Positions 10,653 through 19,376 of a DNA stretch of 64,000 bases are shown here, one piece after another; within the stretch, counting starts at the first letter, position 1, and each line of letters opens with the position of its first letter. Source of the stretch: Candidatus Latescibacterota bacterium (lineage in GTDB: Bacteria > Latescibacterota > UBA2968); the NCBI GenBank assembly GCA_965222605.1, contig OZ244960.1, positions 2,496,001-2,560,000 on the forward strand, given 5' to 3'. A program made the position numbers and the translations under genes. A model generated the notes under the pieces. The model had not been told where the DNA came from. It searched no databases and saw only the letters and a list, made by a program, of their open reading frames with translations.

Positions 10653-10688
10653 TTGACTTCCTCTTATTTTCAGTCTATATAGACTGAA
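10653..10688 (+). promoter_or_regulatory. sigma70-like promoter overlapped by a perfect 20-bp palindrome (putative operator)
   Basis: TTGACT (10653)-17 bp-TATATA (10676); palindrome TTCAGTCTAT|ATAGACTGAA at 10669-10688. Confidence 0.6.
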
Positions 10689-10853
10689 GTTATCCCTTAA
10701 AGTCACAGTTGTGGAGGTTTCAACGTGGGATATCAAGTTGAGCATTTCTATTTGGAGCCACCTGAGATTTTGGGAATCCATCCCCCGCAGTGCTGTCTGA
10801 TCCATCCGGCCAGCGTCAGGTTATCCAAATCACCTGGAAACGGAAGGACAAAC

Positions 10854-13556
10854 ATGATATTTTCCAAATGGAACGCCATTTTACTCTTGTTGGTGTTCGC
10901 TTTTGCTGTTCCGACAGAATCCACACCTCAGGAGGATTCCCCTGCTCCAGGGCACATGATTCACCGATCTATTCCTCCGCCGGGAGCCAGGACCCACATG
11001 GTAATTCCAGGAGAAAGATTTCGGGCCAGTGGGTTCAAACGCTGGTTCTACGGCAGCAATTACCGGGACCTCTGGACCACCTCTATCGAGGTTGCAGTCC
11101 TCGACCTCGACAGCGTAGGAGGTGGCTTGACACCGCTTCGCACCGGCGGATTCGGACAGTCCATCTCTCTTCACTTTACAGGAAAAGACGGCCGCCGATA
11201 TACGGTCCGTTCGCTGGACAAGGATGCCACCCGAAGGGTACCGGACATAGTCAAGGATACGGTCGTGGGCGAAGTCCTCCAGGACCTGATCAGTGCGATG
11301 CTGCCCACCGCGGCGCTCGTGGTCGATCCGCTGATGGAAGCCACCGGCATCCTCCATTCCAAGCACACGCTCGTAGTGATTCCGGATGATCTTAGGCTCG
11401 GAGATTACCGCGCCAGATTTGCTGGCCTGATAGGACTGCTGCAGGAACATCCCTCCGAAGGCCCGGACAATACCGCCGGCTTCGCCGGTTCCCGGAAGGT
11501 GAGCGGAACAGACAATATACAGGACGATCTGGAAGACGGCCCCTGCGACCGTGTCGATGCCCGGGCCTTTCTCAAGGCGCGATTGATGGACTTTCTCATC
11601 GGCGACAAGGACCGTCATCACGGCCAGTGGCGATGGGCGCGGTTCCCCGACGGGGATTGCCATACCTGGCACCCGATACCCGAGGATCGCGACCAAGCCT
11701 TCATCGACTTCGACGGGTTTGCCATGGCGCTGGCGCGCCGAGCAATCCCCATCCAGATTCGGTTCGAGGACACCTATCCAAATCTGGTTGGCCTGACCAT
11801 GACCGGCTGGGAGGTGGATCGCGAATTTCTGGTCGAACTCGACAAGCCGGCGTGGGATTCGGTGGTAGCGAAGTTTCAGAGGGACCTGCCGGATCCAGTC
11901 ATCGAAGAGGCAGTCCGCCGGCTCCCACTGCCGTACTACCAGAGCATTGGCGAAGCTCTGGTCACGGTCCTCAAATCGCGGCGCGACGCGCTACCTGACT
12001 TTGCCGACAGATACTATGCGTTGATTACTCGCCAGGCCGAAATCAAAGCGACTGATCGGGACGAATACCTCCAGTGTGAGCACACGCAGAACGGCGACCT
12101 CGTCGTCCGTATCGGTCTGGCGGAAGGTCCCGACGGAGAAAGAACGGCGCCCTACTTCGAGAGGACGTTCCACCCCGAAGAAACGCAGGAGGTCCGAATA
12201 TCCCTCCGGGGCGGAAACGATAGTGTGGAGATAGCGGGGACCAGGGGACGGATTTCCGTTCGCATCGATGGTGGCGGCGGGAATGACACCTTCGTCAACG
12301 CATCCGAGGTTGGCACTTCCAGGACGGCGTTCTATGACGCTCGCGGCGAGAACCGGTTCGTCAAAGGCAAGGGAGCGCGAACCGACGAGCGTCCCTACCG
12401 GCGCCCGCCCGGCTCGCACACGCCCAACGCCAGGTACGCGCTGGACTGGGGCATGCAGGTGTCAACCGTCCCGATCGTGGAGGTCGATCGGGATCTGGGT
12501 GCGTTCGTCAGGGTGTTCCACAGCCGGCAGTACTTCGGCTATCGTCGCGCCCCTTTCGCTTCGCGGCATTCCTTCAGCCTCGGGCTCGCCACCAGCGGTC
12601 TCAAGCCCTTAGTATCCTATACCGGCACGTTTCGCCGCCTGCTGCGCGACATGGACGCAACCGTCCACGTCGAGTACTCCGGGATCGAGACTATCCGGTT
12701 CACCGGCTTCGGCAACGACACGGAGGTTCGGAGTTCGTCCTCCTTCTACAAGGTGGAACACAGTCATTTCGTTTTCGCGCCCGCCTTCGAGTTTCGACCG
12801 GAACAGCCTGCTGGAGATATGGGGGGTACGGAACCGCAGCGCTCGGAAGTAGCCATCAGTGTGGGGCCGATCATCAAGTACTCTAACACGCCACTGGCTT
12901 CCAACCAGGACAAATTCATCGGTTCTCAGGAACCCCCGGTGTACGGCACGGGTTCCTTCGGTCAAGTAGGAGCACTGGGTCGCATCCAGTACGACACGCG
13001 AAACAATCCCGCGTACCCTACTCGTGGTTTCCTGGTCCGAGGCACCGGAGCCGTTTATCCGAGTGCCTGGGATGCGGAATCGGCCTTTGGCAGCGTAGAG
13101 GGAGCGGTGCATACGTACCTGACGGCTCGCATTCCGACCACTCCGACCCTTGCCTTAAGAGCGGGTGGCAAGAAGGTGTGGGGGACCTTCCCCTTCCAGG
13201 AGAGCGCCTTCCTCGGGGGGCCAGGTTTTGGCGGCGTCGGCACCTCCAGTGGCCATCTCCGCGGTTTTCGCAAGGACCGCTTTGCCGGCGACGCCTCGCT
13301 GTATGCAAATGCCGAACTGCGCTTCGTGCTCGCCCCCTTCCAGTTTTTGATGCCTGGGGAGTTCGGCGTGTTCCTTGCCGCTGACACCGGCCGGGTGTTT
13401 TTCGCCGGGGACCCGGACGATGCCGACAAATGGCACACCGGCGTCGGGGGTGGATTCTATCTTTCGATCCTGAAGCGCCGACGAACCGTGAGCGTTGCAG
13501 TCGTAAAAGGCGATGACTTGACAGGCGTATATCTGCGCGCTGGTTTTATGTTTTAG
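10854..13556 (+). CDS. Omp85/BamA-TamA family outer-membrane protein with an N-terminal atypical kinase-like domain
   Basis: Signal peptide. Barrel motifs YDTRNNPAYPTRG, LRGFRKDRFAG, NAELRF, DTGRVF and C-terminal Phe (LRAGFMF). N-terminal region has DFLIGDKDRHHGQW. Confidence 0.85.
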   Translation: MIFSKWNAILLLLVFAFAVPTESTPQEDSPAPGHMIHRSIPPPGARTHMVIPGERFRASGFKRWFYGSNYRDLWTTSIEVAVLDLDSVGGGLTPLRTGGFGQSISLHFTGKDGRRYTVRSLDKDATRRVPDIVKDTVVGEVLQDLISAMLPTAALVVDPLMEATGILHSKHTLVVIPDDLRLGDYRARFAGLIGLLQEHPSEGPDNTAGFAGSRKVSGTDNIQDDLEDGPCDRVDARAFLKARLMDFLIGDKDRHHGQWRWARFPDGDCHTWHPIPEDRDQAFIDFDGFAMALARRAIPIQIRFEDTYPNLVGLTMTGWEVDREFLVELDKPAWDSVVAKFQRDLPDPVIEEAVRRLPLPYYQSIGEALVTVLKSRRDALPDFADRYYALITRQAEIKATDRDEYLQCEHTQNGDLVVRIGLAEGPDGERTAPYFERTFHPEETQEVRISLRGGNDSVEIAGTRGRISVRIDGGGGNDTFVNASEVGTSRTAFYDARGENRFVKGKGARTDERPYRRPPGSHTPNARYALDWGMQVSTVPIVEVDRDLGAFVRVFHSRQYFGYRRAPFASRHSFSLGLATSGLKPLVSYTGTFRRLLRDMDATVHVEYSGIETIRFTGFGNDTEVRSSSSFYKVEHSHFVFAPAFEFRPEQPAGDMGGTEPQRSEVAISVGPIIKYSNTPLASNQDKFIGSQEPPVYGTGSFGQVGALGRIQYDTRNNPAYPTRGFLVRGTGAVYPSAWDAESAFGSVEGAVHTYLTARIPTTPTLALRAGGKKVWGTFPFQESAFLGGPGFGGVGTSSGHLRGFRKDRFAGDASLYANAELRFVLAPFQFLMPGEFGVFLAADTGRVFFAGDPDDADKWHTGVGGGFYLSILKRRRTVSVAVVKGDDLTGVYLRAGFMF

Positions 13557-13574
13557 CTAATGAAGGAGGATGCT

Positions 13575-13685
13575 ATGCTCAACAACATCATCATACGTCT
13601 CGTGATTTACTATCTCGCGTGGCTTTTGATTCTCAATGCGATTTTTCACCTCTTCCCCGAAATTCTCTATTACGTCGCCATGGAG
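13575..13685 (+). pseudogene. Probable 5' fragment of a membrane-protein gene, truncated at the islet edge
   Basis: Strong RBS (aaggagg) then MLNNIIIRLVIYYLAWLLILNAIFHLFPEILYYVAME (one TM helix). The frame then loses protein-like character and runs antisense into the next gene. Confidence 0.5.
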
Positions 13686-13810
13686 GGAAAGTTGGCAGTA
13701 TATCATTGGTCAATTGACGAGAAACAGCTAAGTAAAGATGCACATACCATAATACCTGTCGCTGAATTCTCTCGGCACATCAAGGGAGCGGGGTTTTTTG
13801 TTAAACCGCG

Positions 13811-15229
13811 TTATTTTTTCGGTTCAGGAGGCTCAGGTGGTTCGGGTGGCGTGGGAGTTTCTGGCTCGTCTATCTCAATATCCTCATCTGAACGCAAGCT
13901 CAGACTGCCCCGACCGAGTTCAATCGCAACCTTGGAACCGCCGCCATTGAGTTGGCCCGTTACGACCTGTGAGGTGCGCGATACACCGGTAATAGACAGA
14001 GGCAGGTCAGTTTGGAGACGCCCGCGCCCAACATAACCGTGTACATCGACTGCCGAACCATCGGGAATAATGAGGTCAACCGCACCGTCTTTATTTTGAA
14101 TCGCGTAGTCATCGCCAATGGGTTTGTGTGGGCGCACCGCAATATTGCCGCCGCGGCTTTGTATCATTACACCCGCTTCGGGATTTTCAATTTCGATAGC
14201 TCCTCGGTCAGTCTGGACGCTAATCGCACCGGCAATGTCTGCAAGATGCGTTGTGCCGTGGCTATTTTTCACAGTAACATCGCTTCCCACACTGCCAAGT
14301 ACGATGCTACCGCGATTATTTTTTGCAACCGCACGTCCACCAACCCGCTCGGCTTTGACTGAACCGCGGTTATTTTTTGCAACAAAATCACCCCCAACAT
14401 GTTGCACCGCGATATCGCCGTGGTGATGTTTGATGCTTATATTGCCCGACGCGCCTTCAAAAATCGTTTTGCCATGGTGATTGTTGAGATTTGCTGCGCC
14501 ATCAATTGCGGGAAGCGTGATATTGCCGTGCCCGGCTCGCACATTGAGATCAACTTTTTTAGGATGATGCAACTCGAAGTCAATGCGCACAGCTCGAACG
14601 GGATCGTCTTTTTCGCGTTTGGGCACATTGGGTCGTATCTGCACAGCCCCAGATTCTCGTCGTATTTGAATATCAATTTGTTCGGCAAAGGCATTCACCG
14701 CTGCCTCATCAGTTCCCCAAACCGAGATGGTTGCGTCAATCTGAACCTCATCGCGATCCCAAATTTTTGAGGTAACATGGCCTTTTGGCGTGCTTACGGA
14801 TAGACGATCAGATACCTGGATGGGCGTTGTTTCAGCATATTGTCGCACCGCTTTTTCGGGATGCTGTCTATCTCTACCTTCCGTCCATTGTGAAAAGGCT
14901 TCAGATGCCGTTTGCATCGCTTCCTGAACGATCTTGCCCACATCGGGAATTGAGCGCGTAGCCTCGCGCACGGCGCGTCTGGCTTTGGGCATAGCCTCAC
15001 GCAGGGTATCTTGTGCTTCGCGGATGCGCTCTTGCACTTCAACCTGAATATCTGCGCCGCCAGTGCGTCGGCGTCTGCGCTGGCGCTGACGACTTCCATT
15101 GCGTCTGCGCTGGCGAGTTTGCGGTTCTTCTGCAGTATCTCCGAGTGCATCGAGTAATTTCATGGCATCTTCTGCCGTTATTTTTCCATCTTGAAGCATC
15201 TCGAGAACCTTCATGCGTTCTTCTTTCAC
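13811..15229 (-). CDS. DUF4097 (Toastrack) beta-repeat protein with N-terminal SHOCT-like helix pair, YvlB/LiaX-like
   Basis: N-terminal EERMKVLEMLQDGKITAEDAMKLLDAL; repeated xxGxIxV/xxGxVxA beta units; GTG start with aggag RBS. Confidence 0.85.
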   Translation of the reverse strand: MKEERMKVLEMLQDGKITAEDAMKLLDALGDTAEEPQTRQRRRNGSRQRQRRRRRTGGADIQVEVQERIREAQDTLREAMPKARRAVREATRSIPDVGKIVQEAMQTASEAFSQWTEGRDRQHPEKAVRQYAETTPIQVSDRLSVSTPKGHVTSKIWDRDEVQIDATISVWGTDEAAVNAFAEQIDIQIRRESGAVQIRPNVPKREKDDPVRAVRIDFELHHPKKVDLNVRAGHGNITLPAIDGAANLNNHHGKTIFEGASGNISIKHHHGDIAVQHVGGDFVAKNNRGSVKAERVGGRAVAKNNRGSIVLGSVGSDVTVKNSHGTTHLADIAGAISVQTDRGAIEIENPEAGVMIQSRGGNIAVRPHKPIGDDYAIQNKDGAVDLIIPDGSAVDVHGYVGRGRLQTDLPLSITGVSRTSQVVTGQLNGGGSKVAIELGRGSLSLRSDEDIEIDEPETPTPPEPPEPPEPKK

Positions 15230-15244
15230 AGTATACTCCTTTCT

Positions 15245-15637
15245 TTATCCTCTTTTCATTCTTTCAAGTTCTTCCGCTGCATCCTCCACTGTAATCTCAC
15301 CGGATTCGAGACGGTCGAGGACCTCTTGCTGAGACGCAGCGGACAAATCATCCACCTCGGGATGTGTTCCCGTTGCAACAAAACCGAGTTCTGCAATCAC
15401 ATCATCGAGATGGTTGCGAATCGTGCTATAGGGCACGCGAAGTTCGCGCGTCATCTCTTTGATATTGCCGCGCAATCGGACAAATGTTTCGACAAAAGTC
15501 AGGTTTTCGGGCGTCAAACGGTTAAAAATTGTGGGCTGAAACTCTCCGATAACCTCACATTCACATTGCGTGCAGCGAATGCGGGTGACAATCACATCAC
15601 TCTGGCAGGCTGGGCATTTTTCAATAATTTTACGCAT
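15245..15637 (-). CDS. DUF2089 family Zn-ribbon/HTH protein with C-terminal SHOCT-like segment
   Basis: CPAC...CTQC, RGNIKEMTRELRVPYSTIRNHLD and VLDRLESGEITVEDA; RBS aaggag. Confidence 0.88.
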   Translation of the reverse strand: MRKIIEKCPACQSDVIVTRIRCTQCECEVIGEFQPTIFNRLTPENLTFVETFVRLRGNIKEMTRELRVPYSTIRNHLDDVIAELGFVATGTHPEVDDLSAASQQEVLDRLESGEITVEDAAEELERMKRG

Positions 15638-15808
15638 TTTTCTCCTTTTTTTCATTTCAGACATCGTTTTGAACAAAATGTTTCACATAATAATAAAAAA
15701 ATTTAGTTTTAAATGCAATTTATTTTTTGAGATTATTTATTTTTATAACATTCCTTCTCATTTGACTTTTTATAATATTTTATTTGATTGTTATAGATGA
15801 CGAAACAC

Positions 15809-15834
15809 GGGACGGCACGGGGACCGTCCCCTAC
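15809..15834 (-). repeat. GTAG-type REP-like palindrome (single copy)
   Basis: Reverse complement is GTAGGGGACGGTCCCCGTGCCGTCCC; one mismatch to the copy at 26020-26045. Confidence 0.8.
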
Positions 15835-15893
15835 AACTTCATGCCGCGATCACAAAGGCACGCGCACTTATCCACCACACAACGAGGCATCCA

Positions 15894-18506
15894 ATGACGC
15901 GCCTATTGATCGTCCTCATCGCATTGATCGGTCTGAGTACACCGGCTCATGCTCGCGTTGATCTCAGCTATTACTTGCCCGAGGACATCACTTATAATCC
16001 CGACATCCCCACACCCGAAGCCTTTTTCGGATTTCAGATTGGCGATTGGCACCTGCGGCACGATCTCATCGTGAACTACATGCACACATTGGCCGAGCGC
16101 TCCGATCGCATTGTCCTCACACAATATGCCCAAACACACCAGCAACGGCCCCTTGTATTGCTCACCATCACATCGCCGCAAAACCACCAAAATCTCGAAA
16201 CCATCCAGAGACAACACCGGCAGCTCACAAACCCAGACCAGTCGCCCGCGCTCGACATCAACACAATGCCCGTGGTCGTGTACATGGGATATAGCATCCA
16301 CGGCAACGAACCCAGCGGAGGCAACGCCGCACCCTTGATTGCATATCACCTATCGGCGGCGCAAGGTCCTGCCATAGACAACCTCCTCGCCAACGCCGTC
16401 ATCTTGCTCGATCCCGTATCCAATCCCGATGGCTTCAGTCGCTTTACACACTGGGCAAATACCCACCGCAGCAAACACCTTGTTGCCGACCCCGAACACC
16501 GAGAGCATCGAGAAATCTGGCCGAGCGGACGCACCAACCACTACTGGTTTGATCTCAACCGCGACTGGGTATTTATCCAGCACCCCGAAAGCAGGGGACG
16601 AATTGAGACATATCACGCCTGGAAACCCAATATGCTCACCGACCACCATGAAATGAGCACCAATTCCACTTACTTTTTTCAACCGGGCATTCCCTCGCGC
16701 AACAATCCCCTCACGCCAGCACGCACCTATGAACTCACCGCTGCAATCGCCAAACGCCACATCAGCGCACTCGATGAAATCGGCACGCTATATTACACAC
16801 GGGAGTCATTCGACGACTTTTACATCGGCAAAGGATCGACCTATCCCGACCTCAATGGCGGCGTAGGCATTCTCTTTGAGCAAGCCAGCGCACGCGGGCT
16901 TATGCAAGAGAGCGTTCACGGACCCATCTCTTTTCCCTTTGCCATACGCAATCAGGTGAAAACTGCCCTATCAACGCTCAAAGCAGCCCATGAACTGCGT
17001 ACCGAACTGCTATCGCATCAGCGCGATTTTTATATCTCCGCAATTGAGGAAGCCGAGGGTGCCACCATCAAAGCTTATGTTTTTGGCGATCCGGATGACA
17101 TAGCGCGCACCCATCATTTTCTCGACTTACTCCAGCAGCATCACATACAAATTTACGATCTCGCGCGCCCCATGCGCATCGGCGATCAAACCTTCGAGCC
17201 TGGCTCGGCCTATATCATTCCCACCGCGCAACCGCAATACCGCTTGCTCACGAGCCTGTTTGAACGCCGCACGACCTTTCGTGACAGCTTATTTTACGAT
17301 GTCTCAGCCTGGACATTGCCCCTGGCATTTAACATGCCCCTGGTCGAGATCAAATCGTCATCTCAGGAATTTATCGGCAACCTGTTGCCGCCGTCTCAAT
17401 TTCCCCGAGGCCGTCTGTCTGTCTTCAATTCAGAGATCAATACTTATACAGGCGAGCAGAGGGCTTACGCGTACCTTTTTGAATGGAACGGACATTACGC
17501 ACCTCGCGCACTTTACCGCCTGCAAAAAGCCGGTATAAGAGCCAAAGTGGCCTCGCGACAGTTCCGCATGCGTATTCCCTCAGACTCGGAGGATATGCAT
17601 ATATTTGACTACGGCACCATACTCATCCCCATGGGCATTCAAAAAAATGATCCGCAGGCGATTCAAAACCTCATGCAAACAATCGCACGCGAAGATGCCC
17701 TCAATGTATTTGCCGTCTCCACCGGGCAAACCGACAGTGGCATTGATCTGGGCAGCCCGGGTTTTATCTCGCTCGAAACACCTCAAATAGCCCTTTTAAT
17801 TGGCAAAGGCGCCGATGTCTATAACGCCGGTGAAGTGTGGCACCTGTTAGACCAGCGCTATAATATGGCTATCAGCCTCATAGATGCCAGCCATGTGCGC
17901 GATATAGACCTCAATCGCTATAATACAATAATTGCAGCAGGCGGGTCTTATAGCGACCTCGACTCTACTGGCGTCAATGCCTTAAAACAGTGGCTGCGCC
18001 ACGGCAACACACTCATTGCCCTCAACAGTGCTGTTCGCTGGGCCATCAATTCCAGGCTCGCCAGTGCCCAATTCGTCGAGCGAGATCGAGAAAATTACAG
18101 TGAACGCAGGGCTTATATCGACGCACCCAGCGATCGTGGGGCACAGATTATTGGCGGCGCTATCTTTCGGGTTCACCTGGACCGTACCCACCCCCTCGCC
18201 TACGGGTATCGCAGTGATAGCCTGCCAGTCTTTCGGCGCGGCACACTTTTTATCCAACCCGTAAACCCTTATGCCACCCCTTTGCAATACGCCAAAAAGC
18301 CCTTGCTCGCAGGTTATGTTTCTGAACAGAACCACAATTATATCGCCGAAACCGCATCCACCCTCGTCGCCAAACAGGGCAATGGCCGCGTCATTCTCAT
18401 GCTCGACAACCCCACCTTCCGCGCCTATTGGTACGGCACCCAAAAACTCTTTGCCAACGCCCTCTTCTTCGGTCCTACCATCAGTCTTCGCACATTGGAT
18501 GAATAA
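15894..18506 (+). CDS. M14 family zinc carboxypeptidase, secreted
   Basis: Signal peptide; SIHGNEPSG, NPDG, DLNRDW and DHHEM motifs. Confidence 0.92.
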   Translation: MTRLLIVLIALIGLSTPAHARVDLSYYLPEDITYNPDIPTPEAFFGFQIGDWHLRHDLIVNYMHTLAERSDRIVLTQYAQTHQQRPLVLLTITSPQNHQNLETIQRQHRQLTNPDQSPALDINTMPVVVYMGYSIHGNEPSGGNAAPLIAYHLSAAQGPAIDNLLANAVILLDPVSNPDGFSRFTHWANTHRSKHLVADPEHREHREIWPSGRTNHYWFDLNRDWVFIQHPESRGRIETYHAWKPNMLTDHHEMSTNSTYFFQPGIPSRNNPLTPARTYELTAAIAKRHISALDEIGTLYYTRESFDDFYIGKGSTYPDLNGGVGILFEQASARGLMQESVHGPISFPFAIRNQVKTALSTLKAAHELRTELLSHQRDFYISAIEEAEGATIKAYVFGDPDDIARTHHFLDLLQQHHIQIYDLARPMRIGDQTFEPGSAYIIPTAQPQYRLLTSLFERRTTFRDSLFYDVSAWTLPLAFNMPLVEIKSSSQEFIGNLLPPSQFPRGRLSVFNSEINTYTGEQRAYAYLFEWNGHYAPRALYRLQKAGIRAKVASRQFRMRIPSDSEDMHIFDYGTILIPMGIQKNDPQAIQNLMQTIAREDALNVFAVSTGQTDSGIDLGSPGFISLETPQIALLIGKGADVYNAGEVWHLLDQRYNMAISLIDASHVRDIDLNRYNTIIAAGGSYSDLDSTGVNALKQWLRHGNTLIALNSAVRWAINSRLASAQFVERDRENYSERRAYIDAPSDRGAQIIGGAIFRVHLDRTHPLAYGYRSDSLPVFRRGTLFIQPVNPYATPLQYAKKPLLAGYVSEQNHNYIAETASTLVAKQGNGRVILMLDNPTFRAYWYGTQKLFANALFFGPTISLRTLDE

Positions 18507-18531
18507 TCGGCGCGCTCCATCAACAAATAAC

Positions 18532-18567
18532 AAAAGAGCACTGATTATAGCGAACCAGTGCTCTTTT
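18532..18567. terminator. Bidirectional intrinsic terminator between convergent genes
   Basis: aaaagagcactg...cagtgctctttt. Confidence 0.75.
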
Positions 18568-18594
18568 ATTTTGTCCGCATCAGGGCTTTTGTCT

Positions 18595-19359
18595 TTACCG
18601 TTGAATATCGTGACGCGTGGCATCTTTGGGTACGGGCAAAGCAAAGTCTTCGTCGGACAGATCCATATTGACGGTACGCGATTTTACCTGGATGAGAATA
18701 ACATCCTTGCCTTGCTGTATTTCGATGCGACGGGGTAGTGCAAAGCCTTTTTCGCTGCGGTAATCAGACAGGAGGCGCGCCGATACGAGTTGCCCATCGG
18801 CGTTATAGACTCTTTCTTCGCGCAAGAAGCCCGTACTCGCTTCAATCCAGAGACGGCGCAAATAGAGACCATGTTGCAACTCGAGAAAAATATTTTTTCC
18901 CCCAGATTCAAAGCGCACCACGCGGGAGGCGTCCAGAGAAGAGAGATTGGGCAATCCGAGAATGGCGCGATCATACGCATAGTAGGACAGATCAACGCCC
19001 GTGAGGACGTAGAGCACGTCTTCGGGATGGCCCACGAGATAGCGGTTTTCTCGAGGCAGGTGAACGTGTAGCGTATCGTTTTGGGCACGCGCGGCCATAG
19101 CCACAGTACCGAAACCGCCAACGACGAGTTTGAGATCCGAAGGTAATCGGTGGCGCACAAGTGCAGAAGCCCTGCGTTCGCGCACCCCATCGATAGTGAG
19201 ATCAATACTGGCGCGAACTTCCTGATTGCGCAGGCTGTCGTAGCGGGTAGCGGTGAGATGGAAAAATTCGGCTGAAGAGGTAATGGGCGGCAAAAGGGCA
19301 GGGCGGTTGGCGACACAGCCAGCGGTTAGAAAAAAAACAATAAGTAGAGGATTACGCAT
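18595..19359 (-). CDS. Lipoprotein of DUF4292/LolA-LolB-like type
   Basis: Lipobox LTAG-C; C-terminal ALPRRIEI...DFALPVPK; downstream of a TPR lipoprotein. Confidence 0.65.
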   Translation of the reverse strand: MRNPLLIVFFLTAGCVANRPALLPPITSSAEFFHLTATRYDSLRNQEVRASIDLTIDGVRERRASALVRHRLPSDLKLVVGGFGTVAMAARAQNDTLHVHLPRENRYLVGHPEDVLYVLTGVDLSYYAYDRAILGLPNLSSLDASRVVRFESGGKNIFLELQHGLYLRRLWIEASTGFLREERVYNADGQLVSARLLSDYRSEKGFALPRRIEIQQGKDVILIQVKSRTVNMDLSDEDFALPVPKDATRHDIQR

Positions 19360-19376
19360 TGGGGTCGGCGGAGCGT

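Noticed and set aside
13560-14036. 158-aa ORF as a full gene
   Set aside because: Its 3' part is antisense to the DUF4097 gene and low-complexity; only the first about 37 codons look real.
15868-15876. DnaA-box-like TTATCCACC (and TTATCCATT near 48665)
   Set aside because: Isolated imperfect boxes with no cluster or oriC context.
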